Assembly: GCA_028716245.1 (NCBI GenBank)
Contig: JAQUQW010000001.1
Coordinates: 232,793-296,792, forward strand
DNA from: Candidatus Omnitrophota bacterium
GTDB taxonomy: Bacteria; Omnitrophota; Gorgyraeia; Gygaellales; Profunditerraquicolaceae
Reading direction: 5' to 3'
Length of the DNA: 64,000 bases
A model generated the notes under the pieces. The model ran no database searches. It had not been told where the DNA came from and was given only the letters and a program-made list of their open reading frames with translations. Below are positions 11,396 to 22,495 of the stretch, one piece after another; position 1 is the first letter of the stretch; each line of letters begins with the position of its first letter. The translations under genes and the position numbers were made by a program.

Positions 11396-11596
11396 ATGCG
11401 TATAACCTTAAACGGTAAAGTCGAGGATGTTGATGCCCAACTAAACCTTAGTGAGCTTGTTTTAGCTAAGGGCCTGCGCGTTGAAAATGTGGTTATTGAA
11501 TATAACTTTCGTATTCTGCCTAAGGGAGAGTGGTTTGATACACTTTTAGGCGAGAATGATTCTATTGAGATCATAAGTTTTATTGGGGGCGGCTAA
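11396..11596 (+). CDS. thiS: Thiamine biosynthesis sulfur-carrier protein ThiS
   Basis: 66 aa ending ...IGGG. ThiS/MoaD fold. Confidence 0.85.
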   Translation: MRITLNGKVEDVDAQLNLSELVLAKGLRVENVVIEYNFRILPKGEWFDTLLGENDSIEIISFIGGG

Positions 11597-11597
11597 T

Positions 11598-12425
11598 ATG
11601 GAAGATTTTTTAGAGATAGCGGGAGAAAAATTAAGTAACCGGCTTTTTATCGGAACAGGGAAGTTCTCTAGCTATCCGATAATGAAGCAAGCTTTAGAAG
11701 AGGCGAAGGCCCAGGTTGCTACGGTGGCTTTGAGAAGGGTTGACGAGAGCTCTAAAACAGAGAATATCATGGATTATATTCCGCAGAAATGTAAAGTTAT
11801 GATCAATACTTCCGGAGCCAGAGACGCACAAGAAGCGCTGCGTATTGGCCGCCTGGCAAAAGCAGCCGGAGCCGGGAACTGGATAAAAATTGAAGTTATC
11901 CGTGATAATAAATACTTGCTTCCCGATAGTATTGAGACTTTTAAGGCAGTTGAAGTTTTAGCCAAAGAAGGCTTTGTTGTTTTTCCTTATATGAGCCCGG
12001 ATTTATCCATTGGCAGAAGAATGGTTGATGCCGGAGCCAGCGCAATTATGCCTTTGGGTTCTCCGATAGGCAGCAATCGCGGGGTAAAAACCCGTGAGCT
12101 TATCGAAATAATGGTTAATGAAATTAAGCTGCCGATTATTGTTGACGCGGGCCTTGGAAAACCTTCAGAAGCTTGTGAATGTATGGAGTTAGGTTGCGCG
12201 GCAGTATTGGTTAATACCGCCATTGCCGTTTCCGAAGATCCGGTAAAGATGGCCAAGGCTTTTAGTCAGGCAGTTTATGCCGGCAGGCTTGCCTATTTGT
12301 CAGGAATCCCGGCAATGGGAAAAACAGCCCGCGCTTCCAGCCCCTTGACTGGATTTTTAAGAGAAGATAAACCACAAGGCGATGGTTTGGCTTCCGATAG
12401 CCAAAGCCATAATAAACCGCAATGA
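11598..12425 (+). CDS. thiG: Thiazole synthase
   Basis: TIM-barrel ThiG with IGTGKF...VMINTSGA...[14 protein letters not shown]. The ATG at 11598 directly follows the thiS stop. The alternative TTG at 11583 is less likely. Confidence 0.9.
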   Translation: MEDFLEIAGEKLSNRLFIGTGKFSSYPIMKQALEEAKAQVATVALRRVDESSKTENIMDYIPQKCKVMINTSGARDAQEALRIGRLAKAAGAGNWIKIEVIRDNKYLLPDSIETFKAVEVLAKEGFVVFPYMSPDLSIGRRMVDAGASAIMPLGSPIGSNRGVKTRELIEIMVNEIKLPIIVDAGLGKPSEACECMELGCAAVLVNTAIAVSEDPVKMAKAFSQAVYAGRLAYLSGIPAMGKTARASSPLTGFLREDKPQGDGLASDSQSHNKPQ

Positions 12426-13549
12426 GTTTTTATGGTGTCTATTCCCAAAATAAAGATTTAGACCTAAAGAAAGCTTTTAGTTTTATTTCACCTGCCTCCA
12501 TTCAGGAATCCTTAGAAAAAAATAATCTGGATACAAAACAATTCCTTGGATTGCTTTCTCCGCAAGCCGAAAATAATCTTGAAAGTATGGCTCAGAAAGC
12601 GCAGGCGATAACCAGGAATTATTTTGGCAATACCATCCAGCTTTATGCTCCGATGTATCTATCCAATTATTGCGATAATTCCTGCCTTTATTGTGGTTTT
12701 AACCTGAACAATGACATCCAAAGGAGACAGCTTACTCTGGAAGAAGTGGAAAAAGAGGCGCAATTTATTTCCTCTTCGGGGTTAAAGCACATTCTTATTT
12801 TAACCGGGGAATCAAGGCTTAAGAGCCCGGTCAGCTACATTCAGGATTGTGTCAATGTTCTAAAAAAATATTTTACTTCAATATCTATTGAAGTATATCC
12901 TTTGGCTGAAAATGAATACGCCCGGTTAGTTGTCGGCGGGGTGGACGGCTTGACAATCTATCAGGAAGTATATGATGAACAGCTTTACGCAAAAATACAT
13001 ATTTGCGGCCCTAAAAAAGATTATAAATTCCGTCTGGATGCTCCGGAAAGAGGCGCAAAAGCCAGAATGAGAAGCGTTTCTATCGGGGCCTTGCTTGGTT
13101 TAGGAAACTGGAGAAGGGAAGCATTCTTTCTGGGGTTGCACGCAAAATACCTGCTTGATAAGTTTCCGGATGTTGAAATCGGGATATCTGTCCCCAGAAT
13201 TCGGCCGCAAAACCACCAGCCGCAAGTCGGCGATTTTAAACCAATTTGCCAGGTAAGCGACAGAAATGTCATCCAGATAATTTTGGCTTTCAGGATTTTT
13301 TTGCCCCGGCTTGGTATTGCAATCTCAACGCGGGAAAATCCGGAATTCAGGGAAAATCTTTTATCTCTTGGTATTACCAGGATGTCAGCCGGTTCAGCGA
13401 CTAATGTTGGCGGCCATACTCTTTACAAGGAAGAAAAAGAGCAGTCTTCTCAGTTTGAGATTCAGGATCAAAGAACCGTGGGCCAGATCAAAGCTGTCCT
13501 TGAAGGAAAGGGATACCAGCCGGTTTTTAAGGATTGGCTGTATTTGTAG
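12422..13549 (+). CDS. thiH: 2-iminoacetate synthase (tyrosine lyase), radical SAM
   Basis: [10 protein letters not shown] radical-SAM motif. 375 aa. Follows thiG. Confidence 0.85.
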   Translation: MSFYGVYSQNKDLDLKKAFSFISPASIQESLEKNNLDTKQFLGLLSPQAENNLESMAQKAQAITRNYFGNTIQLYAPMYLSNYCDNSCLYCGFNLNNDIQRRQLTLEEVEKEAQFISSSGLKHILILTGESRLKSPVSYIQDCVNVLKKYFTSISIEVYPLAENEYARLVVGGVDGLTIYQEVYDEQLYAKIHICGPKKDYKFRLDAPERGAKARMRSVSIGALLGLGNWRREAFFLGLHAKYLLDKFPDVEIGISVPRIRPQNHQPQVGDFKPICQVSDRNVIQIILAFRIFLPRLGIAISTRENPEFRENLLSLGITRMSAGSATNVGGHTLYKEEKEQSSQFEIQDQRTVGQIKAVLEGKGYQPVFKDWLYL

Positions 13550-13606
13550 CAGATTTTTTTGTTAGATTTTTCGCCTCCTTGCGTCAATTGGGTAGGAGGT
13601 GACAAA

Positions 13607-15178
13607 ATGCAGAGAATAGTTATTGGTTTTACCGTGGTTTGGTTAGGAATAATGACTGGTGTCCTTCGGGCGCAGGATTTGGATTGGGATGACCTAAGCA
13701 GGGGTAACCATAATGCCCAGGCGATTTTAGTTAATCCAAATGACAGTAAAATTATCTTTACCGGGATAGCCGGGAATATATTAAAGAGTGAGGATGCCGG
13801 TAATAGCTGGCGCATTGTATTATCCATAAGAAGCACAACGCGCAATATCAATGCTTTGGCAATGAATTTGTCCAATTACAATGTAGTTTATGCGGCCACA
13901 GATAATGGCTTATACCGCAGTAATAATTTAGGCGGGCGATGGGATAGAATATTTAGAGGCAAGAATAATTTAGAGAATCGATGCGCCGCTGTGTTGAATA
14001 CTCCGGTTGCTCTATTTGTCGGCACAAGCGCCGGCCTTTTTATAAGCAGGGATAACGGCCGCAGCTGGGATAAAGAAAATAAAATAATCGGCAATACGGC
14101 CATTTTTAATCTTGATGCATTCACTCCGCATTCGATTATTTATTTAGCCGCCACCAGCGGTATATTTAAATCTTTAGATGACGGTAAAAACTGGGAGAGG
14201 ATTTTTTTGAGTTATTCCCGGGAAGATAATAAGAATGAACCTGATGATGGAGAAACAAATGTTCCGGAAAAGTTATCTGACATCCGTTTTGTAAAAGCAG
14301 GTGTTAATAACGTAAACTTGGTATATTTTTCATGCAGCAAAGGAGTTTATCGGAGCCTGGATCAAGGCAGAAGCTGGGATAAATTATCCGAGTATGGTTT
14401 GTTAAACCGGGATGTGAAAATTCTTTGTTTATCGGGTAATTCCGAAATTTTTGCGCTTAGCCCATCGGGTATTTTTCTTTATGCAGATGAGCGTTGGAGA
14501 GAAGTTTCTTTCGGCTTATCCGGAGGTAAATTAAATTATTTTACGTTAGATAATCTGAATAATATTTATGTTGCCGCAGAGGCAGGAATATTTAGGGCTA
14601 ATCAACATAACCAGCCAGCCTTTATGCGCCAGGCTTTAATTCAGGAGTGTCTTTTAGATGAGCCAAAAATAAAAGACGTGCAGGAGGCAGCGATAAAATA
14701 CGCGGAAGTGGGCCCTGAAAAAATATCTCAGTGGAGGAAAAAAGCGGCAAAAAAAGCGTTATTGCCGCAGGTGAGCGTCGGCCTTGACCGCAACACAACT
14801 GATTTGTGGCATTGGGAGAGCGGTTCAACCACTAAAACCGACGATGATGTTTTACGGCGGGGCAGGGATAGCCTTGATTGGGATGTTTCTTTAAGCTGGG
14901 ATTTAGGCAATTTGATCTGGAATGACGCCCAGACAAGCATTGATGTGCGGTCAAAGCTGATGGTCGAGCTGCGTGATGATATCTTAGATCAGGTAAACAA
15001 GCTTTATTTTGAGCGCTTGAGGATAAAATCTGAACTAAATAATTTAGCCATCGAAGATAGGAATAAAAGATTTGATAAACAGTTAAAACTTGAGGAATTA
15101 ACCGCTTCCTTGGATGCGCTTACATCGGGATATTATTCAGAACAGCTGCGCAAGTTAACTCCTAAAGAACAGAGTTAA
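13607..15178 (+). CDS. Secreted BNR/Asp-box repeat protein with a C-terminal coiled-coil region
   Basis: Signal peptide MQRIVIGFTVVWLGIMTGVLRAQ. There are at least 5 SxDxGxxW repeats (SEDAGNSW, SNNLGGRW, SRDNGRSW, SLDDGKNW, SLDQGRSW). RBS AGGAGGTG precedes the ATG at 13607. Confidence 0.7.
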   Translation: MQRIVIGFTVVWLGIMTGVLRAQDLDWDDLSRGNHNAQAILVNPNDSKIIFTGIAGNILKSEDAGNSWRIVLSIRSTTRNINALAMNLSNYNVVYAATDNGLYRSNNLGGRWDRIFRGKNNLENRCAAVLNTPVALFVGTSAGLFISRDNGRSWDKENKIIGNTAIFNLDAFTPHSIIYLAATSGIFKSLDDGKNWERIFLSYSREDNKNEPDDGETNVPEKLSDIRFVKAGVNNVNLVYFSCSKGVYRSLDQGRSWDKLSEYGLLNRDVKILCLSGNSEIFALSPSGIFLYADERWREVSFGLSGGKLNYFTLDNLNNIYVAAEAGIFRANQHNQPAFMRQALIQECLLDEPKIKDVQEAAIKYAEVGPEKISQWRKKAAKKALLPQVSVGLDRNTTDLWHWESGSTTKTDDDVLRRGRDSLDWDVSLSWDLGNLIWNDAQTSIDVRSKLMVELRDDILDQVNKLYFERLRIKSELNNLAIEDRNKRFDKQLKLEELTASLDALTSGYYSEQLRKLTPKEQS

Positions 15179-15523
15179 CTCTTGATTTTCGTCTTTTGCT
15201 TCCGTCGCTGAAATTTTTCGCCGTGTGCTGCGGCTTACGGCTCCTTTCGGCAGCACAGTGTTCCTTACGTATAAAGGTATTGCCTGCACTCGCCGTAATT
15301 CCTTGCACACGTTTGCCGAAAAATTTCTAATGCGCCTCCAGCAAAAGCCGGAAATCTTATAGCGGGTGACGATGGCTGGATTTGAGGCCACTTCAGGTGG
15401 CCGAAAAACAGTCATCGGCAGGACCCGCCTAAGTCTGATTTTCCTTGCAATTGTCAAATCTTTGTGATAATTTAAATAAACCTGCCAATTTTATTAACCC
15501 TTTTAATGCGAAGGATCAAAGTT

Positions 15524-15844
15524 ATGAGTACGTTACATTTTACGGACGCCAATTTCAAGAAAGAGGTACTGGAGTCGGATCTGCCGGTTTTAGTTGATTT
15601 TTGGGCTGCTTGGTGCGGCCCGTGTAAGATGGTTGCTCCTTTTATCGATGCCTTGGCCAAGGAATATTCCGGAAAAATGAAAATCGGTAAACTGGATGTT
15701 GATTCCAATTCTAAAGTGGTGACTCAATACGGGGTAATGTCAATACCGACGATAATATTTTTTAAAAACGGTAAAGTTATGAGCCAGCTGGTTGGGGCGG
15801 TAAGCAAGCTTGATTTGAAGCATAAAATAGAAGAAAACCTTTAA
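15524..15844 (+). CDS. trxA: Thioredoxin
   Basis: WAAWCGPCK active site, about 106 aa. Confidence 0.9.
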   Translation: MSTLHFTDANFKKEVLESDLPVLVDFWAAWCGPCKMVAPFIDALAKEYSGKMKIGKLDVDSNSKVVTQYGVMSIPTIIFFKNGKVMSQLVGAVSKLDLKHKIEENL

Positions 15845-16932
15845 TGCGCAAGATTTTCATTGCCGCGACCAAACAAAATGACGGCAAGACTACGGTTTCC
15901 CTGGGAATAATCAGGAACCTGCAGCAGAAATTCGGTAAGGTCGGTTTTATCAAACCTATCGGCCAAAGGTATCTTGAGGAAGAAGGGCTAAAAATTGACG
16001 AAGATTCGATCCTTATCGAGGAGGTTTGCGGGATAAAATGCGGGCTTAAAGATATGAGCCCGATTGCGGTAGAAAAAGGTTTTACCGAAAAATATATCGC
16101 CAAGCCGGATAAAAATAATATTTCCAAACAGATTCAGGATTCTTTCCGCAGGATTTCTAAAAACCAGGAGTTGGTGGTAATCGAAGGGACAGGCCATGCC
16201 GGAGTGGGTTCGGTATTTGACCACTCTAATGCGACTGTCGCCAAGCTTTTGGGTTCCAAGGTAATTATTATTTCTTCCGGTGGAGTGGGCCGGCCGATAG
16301 ATGAGATAATTTTAAATAAGGCACTTTTTGAAAAAGAAGGAGTTAAAGTTTTAGGGGTAATTATAAATAAGGTCCTTCCCGGAAAATTCGAAAAGATTAA
16401 CCGCCTGGTAAGAAAGGGCTTAGAGAGAAAAGGGGTGGATGTGTTGGGGGTGCTTCCTTATGACCCGATGCTGGCAAGGCCCTCGATTGAGCAGATTTTG
16501 GAAGAAACAGATTTTGAAGTTCTCTGCGGAGAGCAATATTTAGAACGCTCGGTGGCAAAGGTGATTGTCGCGGCAATGGAGCCGCGCGATGCGGAGCGCT
16601 ATATCAGCGAAGATAGCCTAATGATTACTCCCGGCGACCGGCAGGACATGATTAATATTGCCCTTAATTGTTTCCGTGATTCCAGCAATAAAAGATTAAA
16701 GATTTGCGGGATAGTTTTAACTTGCGGCATTACTCCGCAAGGGCCGATTATGGAACTTTTAGCAAAAGCCGAGATTCCGGTTTTATTGGCTAAATCTGAC
16801 ACCTATGATGTGGCTACTTGTGTGCATGATCTAACGGTAAAGATCAGGCCATGCGATACCGAAAAAGTTAATGCGGTAGTAAAATTAATGAAAGAGAATG
16901 TGGATTTCAATAAAATTTTGAAAGGGATTTAA
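15844..16932 (+). CDS. Stand-alone phosphotransacetylase N-terminal-like protein (P-loop BioD/CobQ-like plus DRTGG domain)
   Basis: P-loop ATKQNDGKTTVSLG. A DRTGG-like ITPGDRQD motif is present. It lies immediately upstream of the pta catalytic gene. Confidence 0.7.
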   Translation: MRKIFIAATKQNDGKTTVSLGIIRNLQQKFGKVGFIKPIGQRYLEEEGLKIDEDSILIEEVCGIKCGLKDMSPIAVEKGFTEKYIAKPDKNNISKQIQDSFRRISKNQELVVIEGTGHAGVGSVFDHSNATVAKLLGSKVIIISSGGVGRPIDEIILNKALFEKEGVKVLGVIINKVLPGKFEKINRLVRKGLERKGVDVLGVLPYDPMLARPSIEQILEETDFEVLCGEQYLERSVAKVIVAAMEPRDAERYISEDSLMITPGDRQDMINIALNCFRDSSNKRLKICGIVLTCGITPQGPIMELLAKAEIPVLLAKSDTYDVATCVHDLTVKIRPCDTEKVNAVVKLMKENVDFNKILKGI

Positions 16933-16933
16933 G

Positions 16934-17863
16934 ATGGATGCTGTCATGAGGATTAGGAAGCTGGCGAAAAGAAAAAGCAAAACGATAGTTTTGCCGGAAT
17001 ATGATGATGACCGGACGCTTGAGGCCGCCCGGATTATTGAAAAGGAGAAATTGGCCAAGCCTTTGGTTTTGACTCCGGAGATGGTCGATAAGAACGAATT
17101 AGAGCGTTATATCGAGGAGTATTATAAATTATATCAGTCAAAAGATATTGATCTGGAGACGGTTAAAAAACTTTTTTCAGACAATCTTTATTACGCGGCG
17201 ATGATGACCCGGGAAGGGAAGGTTGATGGTTTGGTCGCCGGAGCAATCCATACTACCGCGGATATGGCCCGCGCTTGTATCCGCTGTATCGGTTTAGAGG
17301 AAAGGTTTACCATTGCTTCAAGTTGTTTCATTATGGATGTGCCTAACTGCCAGTATGGCGATAACGGCACATTTATTTTTGCCGATTGCGGAATTATTCC
17401 TGATCCTAATGCCCGCCAGCTATCCTGCATTGCTTTAACTGCCGCGGAATTGGCGGCTAAAGTTTTGGATCTTACTCCGCGCGTAGCTTTTTTAAGTTAT
17501 TCCACCAAAGGATCGGCAAAAACAAAGTCCGCCGAAAAAATCAGCCAAGCTTTGGCTTTACTCAGAGAGTTATCGCCAAAGATATTAGCTGACGGAGAAA
17601 TACAGGCGGATGCGGCAATTGTTCCGGAAGTGGCCAAGATAAAATGCCCGGATAGCCCGATTAACGGAGAGGCTAACGTGCTGATTTTTCCAAACTTAGA
17701 AGCCGGTAATATCGGCTATAAGCTTGTGCAACGGCTAAGCGGATGCCGGGCAATCGGGCCTTTATTTTTAGGTTTAAATAAACCGGCAAGCGACCTGTCG
17801 CGCGGCTGTTTTGTCGAAGATATCGTGGATAGCGTGGCAGTCACGGCAATCAGGGCGCAATAA
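16934..17863 (+). CDS. pta: Phosphate acetyltransferase, catalytic PTA_PTB domain only
   Basis: 309 aa. PTA_PTB family with ...AIGPLFLGLNKPASDLSRGC... Confidence 0.85.
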   Translation: MDAVMRIRKLAKRKSKTIVLPEYDDDRTLEAARIIEKEKLAKPLVLTPEMVDKNELERYIEEYYKLYQSKDIDLETVKKLFSDNLYYAAMMTREGKVDGLVAGAIHTTADMARACIRCIGLEERFTIASSCFIMDVPNCQYGDNGTFIFADCGIIPDPNARQLSCIALTAAELAAKVLDLTPRVAFLSYSTKGSAKTKSAEKISQALALLRELSPKILADGEIQADAAIVPEVAKIKCPDSPINGEANVLIFPNLEAGNIGYKLVQRLSGCRAIGPLFLGLNKPASDLSRGCFVEDIVDSVAVTAIRAQ

Positions 17864-18921
17864 TGAAGATACTGGTAATTAATAGCGGAAGCTCATCGAT
17901 TAAATATAAACTTTTTGATATGCCTTCCCAGCGCCTGATTACAAAGGGAATAATCGATCATATCGGTGAAGAAGGCTCAAAGTTTAGCAATCATTACTCA
18001 GGTTTAAAGATTATACTGGAGGAGATTAAGTCGGTGGATGCGGTGGGCCATCGCGTAGTTCATGGCGCGGAAAAATTTAAAAAGCCCGCACTGGTTGACC
18101 AAAACGTAATTAAGGGGATTAAAAAATGCTGCGCGATCGCTCCTCTGCACAATCCGGCTAATTTATCCGGGATACTTGCCTGCCAAAAACTTTTGCCCGG
18201 AATAAAACAGGTTGCGATTTTTGATACTGCGTTCCACCAAAGTATTCCGGAATATGCTTATATTTACGGGTTGCCGTATGAGTATTATCAAAGGTTAGGG
18301 GCCCGAAAATATGGTTTTCACGGTACCAGCCACGAATATGTTGCCGCCGAGGCCGGCCGCATTTTAAAGAAACCGCTGAATAAGTTAAAGTTGATTACCT
18401 GCCATCTGGGCAATGGTTGTAGCATCACTGCTGTTGATAATGGTAAATCCGTTGATACCAGTATGGGTTTTACTCCTTTAGAGGGGTTAGTGATGGGCAC
18501 CCGCTGCGGCGATACGGATCCGGCCTTAATTACCCATATTATGCGCAAGAAAAAATTAGACACCAAACAAATGGATCGTATTTTGAACAAAGAAAGCGGC
18601 TTAAAAGGGATATCCGGTATTAGCAATGATATGCGTTTACTGGAGGAAAAAGCAGGCGCCGGGAACAAGCGGGCTAAACTGGCTTTGGATATATTCGTTT
18701 ACCGCATCCGCAAATATATCGGCGCCTACCTGTCGGTTTTAGGCGGGCTTGATGCTTTAATATTTACCGCAGGTATCGGTGAAAATCAGGCTAATATCCG
18801 GGATAATATTTGCCGCGGCTTGTTTAACTGCCTGGGGAAAAAACCAAAGATTATGGTAATCCCTACGAATGAAGAATTGATGATCGCCCGGCAGACCTTT
18901 AAATTAATAACGAAAGGATAA
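17863..18921 (+). CDS. ackA: Acetate kinase
   Basis: N-terminus [19 protein letters not shown] and ...FHGTSH...; ASKHA fold. The protein is short at 352 aa. Confidence 0.85.
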   Translation: MKILVINSGSSSIKYKLFDMPSQRLITKGIIDHIGEEGSKFSNHYSGLKIILEEIKSVDAVGHRVVHGAEKFKKPALVDQNVIKGIKKCCAIAPLHNPANLSGILACQKLLPGIKQVAIFDTAFHQSIPEYAYIYGLPYEYYQRLGARKYGFHGTSHEYVAAEAGRILKKPLNKLKLITCHLGNGCSITAVDNGKSVDTSMGFTPLEGLVMGTRCGDTDPALITHIMRKKKLDTKQMDRILNKESGLKGISGISNDMRLLEEKAGAGNKRAKLALDIFVYRIRKYIGAYLSVLGGLDALIFTAGIGENQANIRDNICRGLFNCLGKKPKIMVIPTNEELMIARQTFKLITKG

Positions 18922-18922
18922 A

Positions 18923-19273
18923 ATGTTAAGGACGATGTTAAAATCAAAGATTCACCGGGCAACCGTAACAGAGGCCAATCTTTATTACGAAGGCAGCATT
19001 ACTATTGATGCCGATTTAATCCGGGCAGCCGATATCCTGGAGCATGAAAAAGTTGAGGTATTGAACCTTAATAACGGCCAGCGTATTGAAACTTATGTGA
19101 TTAAAGGTAAGCCCGGAAGCGGGGTAATCTGCCTGAATGGGCCGGCAGCCCGCGCCTCCTGCCCCGGGGACATAGTGATTATTGTTTCGTATGCATCGGT
19201 AGAAGATAGGGAAACCAAATCCTTAAAGCCCAAGATTATTAAAGTAAATGCCAGAAACAAAATTAAAAATTAG
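18923..19273 (+). CDS. panD: Aspartate 1-decarboxylase
   Basis: [29 protein letters not shown]. The pyruvoyl-dependent Gly-Ser cleavage site is present. Confidence 0.9.
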   Translation: MLRTMLKSKIHRATVTEANLYYEGSITIDADLIRAADILEHEKVEVLNLNNGQRIETYVIKGKPGSGVICLNGPAARASCPGDIVIIVSYASVEDRETKSLKPKIIKVNARNKIKN

Positions 19274-19766
19274 AATATTCGGCGACCCTGTTTTACGAAA
19301 AAAGGCAAAGCCGCTCAACCGGGTTAGTGCTGAATACCGGGAGATTTTAAGCCAAATGGCCGGCTTCATGTACGAAGGAGCCGGTATTGGTTTGGCTGCT
19401 CCGCAAATTGGCATAAGCGTGCAATTAATTGTCGTAGACATCGGAGAAGGGCTTTATAAATTAGTTAATCCTAAGATTGTCAAGAGGCTGGGGTCGCAGG
19501 CTATTCAAGAAGGATGTTTGAGTGTGCCCGGAGTTTGCATAAAGGTCAAGCGCGCCCGCCAAGTCTGGGTGCAAGCCAAAGATGAAAATAATAATTCGGT
19601 AAAAATCCAGGCCAAGGATCTTTTTGCCTGTGTTTTACAGCATGAGATTGATCATTTGAAAGGCAAGCTGATAGTTGATTATGCGTCATTCCTAGAGAAG
19701 TTAAGGATCAAAAGAAAACTGGCGGCGTTAAAAACAAGTGTTAAAGCCTGCAAATTACAGCTTTAA
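19248..19766 (+). CDS. def: Peptide deformylase
   Basis: Motifs [18 protein letters not shown] and QHEIDHL. Confidence 0.9.
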   Translation: MPETKLKIRIFGDPVLRKKAKPLNRVSAEYREILSQMAGFMYEGAGIGLAAPQIGISVQLIVVDIGEGLYKLVNPKIVKRLGSQAIQEGCLSVPGVCIKVKRARQVWVQAKDENNNSVKIQAKDLFACVLQHEIDHLKGKLIVDYASFLEKLRIKRKLAALKTSVKACKLQL

Positions 19767-19786
19767 TAAAAGAGGGAATTTCATCA

Positions 19787-20698
19787 ATGCATGATTTAAT
19801 TATTATCGGAGGCGGGCCGGCGGGATTAACCGCGGCTATCTATGCCGGGCGCAGCCGGCTGGATACATTGTTGATTGAAAAGATGGCGCTCGGCGGCAGG
19901 ATCCTGATGAGTGAAACTATCGAAAATTATCCGGGTTTTCCCGGAGGGATTTCTACGCATGAACTGACCGGGCGTATGGAAACCCAGGTTAAAGAGTTGG
20001 GGGTAAAAATCATAAACGATGAGGTGGTGGATCTAGATTGCCTTAAAAAAACAATCAAGGTCACAAACGGGGATTATCAAGCCTGCGCGATTATTATTGC
20101 CAGCGGAGCCAGGCCGCGTAAATTAAATATACCGGGTGAAGAAAAATATACCGGCAGGGGTGTCTCTTATTGCGCTACCTGCGATGGGCCTTTTTTTAAA
20201 AAAAAGAAGGTGGTCATTATTGGAGGAGGAAATGCGGTTGCCGAAGAAGCGATATATTTGAGCCGTTTTGCCAGTTCGGTGAGCGTGATTCACCGCCGCC
20301 AGGATCTGCGGGCTGCCCTGATACTTCAGGAAAAAATGCAGGAGAATAAAAAAATAAATTTTATTTTAAGCAGCGTAGTTACGCAGATCAAGGGATCGCA
20401 GAAGGTGGAGGCGGTTACAATCAAAGATGTTTTAAGCGGCAAAGAAAAGGATTTTGGCTGTGACGGAGTTTTTATCTACATTGGCTATGAGCCGGAAACG
20501 ACTTTCTTAAAAGGCAAGTTAGAAATGGATGAAGCCGGATTTATGGTTACTGATGAAAATATGGCTACTTCTGTGGAAGGGGTATTTGCTTGCGGCGATT
20601 GCCGTAAAAAAGGGCTATATCAGGTGATCAATGCTTGTGCTGATGGGGCAGTGGCAGCTGACTCCGCCTATAAGTTTATTGCCGGCAGGGGTAAATAG
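19787..20698 (+). CDS. trxB: Thioredoxin-disulfide reductase
   Basis: GGGPAG FAD motif and CATC redox-active site. It ends with a TAG stop. Confidence 0.9.
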   Translation: MHDLIIIGGGPAGLTAAIYAGRSRLDTLLIEKMALGGRILMSETIENYPGFPGGISTHELTGRMETQVKELGVKIINDEVVDLDCLKKTIKVTNGDYQACAIIIASGARPRKLNIPGEEKYTGRGVSYCATCDGPFFKKKKVVIIGGGNAVAEEAIYLSRFASSVSVIHRRQDLRAALILQEKMQENKKINFILSSVVTQIKGSQKVEAVTIKDVLSGKEKDFGCDGVFIYIGYEPETTFLKGKLEMDEAGFMVTDENMATSVEGVFACGDCRKKGLYQVINACADGAVAADSAYKFIAGRGK

Positions 20699-22495
20699 AT
20701 GGAAAAAATTCCTACAACCAATAAAAAACTCCTCGATTGGGTAAATAAAATGGCCAAGCTTTGCGGTCCGCAGGATATCGTCTGGATCGACGGCACCGAA
20801 GAGCAAAAATTAGCTTTGGAAAAACAATCGGTAAGCTCCGGTGACTTGATCCGTTTGAACCAGGAAAAGCTGCCGGGTTGTTTTTTGCACCGCACTGCCC
20901 ATGATGATGTGGCCCGGACTGAACACCTGACTTTTATCTGTACTAAGAAAAAACACGATGCCGGGCCGAATAATAACTGGATGTCGCCTGCTTTGGCATA
21001 TCGAAAAGCCAAGGCAATATTTAAAGGCGCTATGGCCGGCAGGACAATGTATGTCATTCCTTTCTCGATGGGGCCGGTGGGTTCTCCTTTTAGTAAGATC
21101 GGAGTAGAGCTGACTGATTCCCGGTACGTAGTCTTGAATATGTTAATTATGACCCGTTGCGGAGAGCCGGTTTTAAGGCAGCTTGAAAAAGACGACGGTT
21201 TTACCAAATGCCTTCACTCTAAAGCCCAATTAGATATCAAGAAGAGATTAATTTTACATTTTCCGGAGGATAATACTATTTGGAGCGTAGGTTCCGGTTA
21301 CGGCGGAAATGTCCTTTTGGGCAAAAAATGCCTTTCGCTGCGGATTGCCAGTTTTATCGCCAGGAAAGAAAAGTGGATGGCTGAACATATGCTGATTATG
21401 GGTATTGAGGAGCCCAACGGCCATGTTGAATATATTGCCGCGGCTTTTCCCAGCGCTTGCGGAAAAACAAACATGGCGATGATGATTCCTCCGGAAGGGC
21501 TTAAAAATAAGGGTTACCGCATTTGGACCGTGGGCGATGATATTTCCTGGATGCGGGTTGATTCCGACGGTTCGCTTTGGGCGATTAATCCGGAAACAGG
21601 TTTTTTTGGAGTTGCTCCCGGGACAAACTCAAAAGCAAATCCAAATATGGTCGAGACTATAAAAAAAGATACTATTTATACAAACGTTCTTTTACGGCCG
21701 GATAATACGGTTTGGTGGGAGGGCGCTGACGGAGAAGTGCCCAGCCAAGGTATCGATTGGAAAGGCCATTCCTGGAAACCAAACACTTTGGATACCCAAG
21801 GCAAAGTGGTTAAAGGCGCCCATCCTAATTCGCGTTTTACCACCCCGATTACTAACTGTCCTTCGGCATCATTTCGCCTGGAGCAGCATCACGGTGTGCC
21901 GATTTCGGCGATTGTTTTTGGAGGAAGGCGGGAGCATGTCGCTCCGCTGGTTTATGAATCATTTAATTGGCAGCATGGTGTGTTTGTCGGCTCGACGATG
22001 GGTTCAGAGTTAACTGCCGCCCAAGTTGGTAAACTGGGGCAGGTACGCCGGGACCCGATGGCGATGCTTCCTTTCTGCGGCTATAATATGGCGGAATATT
22101 TTCAGCATTGGTTAAATATGGGTAAGCTGATGGCCAAGCAGCCAAAGATCTTCCATGTGAACTGGTTTCGCACGGATGGTCAGGGTAAGTTTTTATGGCC
22201 GGGATTCTGCGAAAATTTAAGGATCTTAGAATGGATATTGGACCGCTGTAATAATAAAGTAAACGCGATGCAAACTCCGATCGGGTATCTTCCTTACCCG
22301 TTTGATATTGACCTGACCGGCCTTAATCTTGCCGAGGGGGCGCTGGAGAAATTATTTAAGATCAATAAGGAGGAGTGGCTGGAGGAATTAAAAGGGGTGA
22401 ATAAATTCTTTGGTGATTTTAAGAAGGACCTGCCCAAAGAGTTATGGAATGAGTATTATGCCTTATTGGAGAGGTTTAAGCGTTATGGGCAGTAA
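20699..22495 (+). CDS. pckG: Phosphoenolpyruvate carboxykinase (GTP)
   Basis: FPSACGKTN kinase-1a motif of GTP-PEPCK. 598 aa. Confidence 0.9.
   Translation: MEKIPTTNKKLLDWVNKMAKLCGPQDIVWIDGTEEQKLALEKQSVSSGDLIRLNQEKLPGCFLHRTAHDDVARTEHLTFICTKKKHDAGPNNNWMSPALAYRKAKAIFKGAMAGRTMYVIPFSMGPVGSPFSKIGVELTDSRYVVLNMLIMTRCGEPVLRQLEKDDGFTKCLHSKAQLDIKKRLILHFPEDNTIWSVGSGYGGNVLLGKKCLSLRIASFIARKEKWMAEHMLIMGIEEPNGHVEYIAAAFPSACGKTNMAMMIPPEGLKNKGYRIWTVGDDISWMRVDSDGSLWAINPETGFFGVAPGTNSKANPNMVETIKKDTIYTNVLLRPDNTVWWEGADGEVPSQGIDWKGHSWKPNTLDTQGKVVKGAHPNSRFTTPITNCPSASFRLEQHHGVPISAIVFGGRREHVAPLVYESFNWQHGVFVGSTMGSELTAAQVGKLGQVRRDPMAMLPFCGYNMAEYFQHWLNMGKLMAKQPKIFHVNWFRTDGQGKFLWPGFCENLRILEWILDRCNNKVNAMQTPIGYLPYPFDIDLTGLNLAEGALEKLFKINKEEWLEELKGVNKFFGDFKKDLPKELWNEYYALLERFKRYGQ

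Noticed and set aside
17863-18921. AckA only 352 aa; possible truncation.
   Set aside because: Both ASKHA halves and the conserved N-terminal and adenosine motifs are present end to end. This looks like a compact ortholog, not a fragment.
22410-22484. Extended PurC N-terminus, with a 76-nt overlap with pckG, from the ORF track.
   Set aside because: The conserved SAICAR-synthetase N-terminus starts at the ATG at 22485. The longer start is probably an artefact of the open frame.
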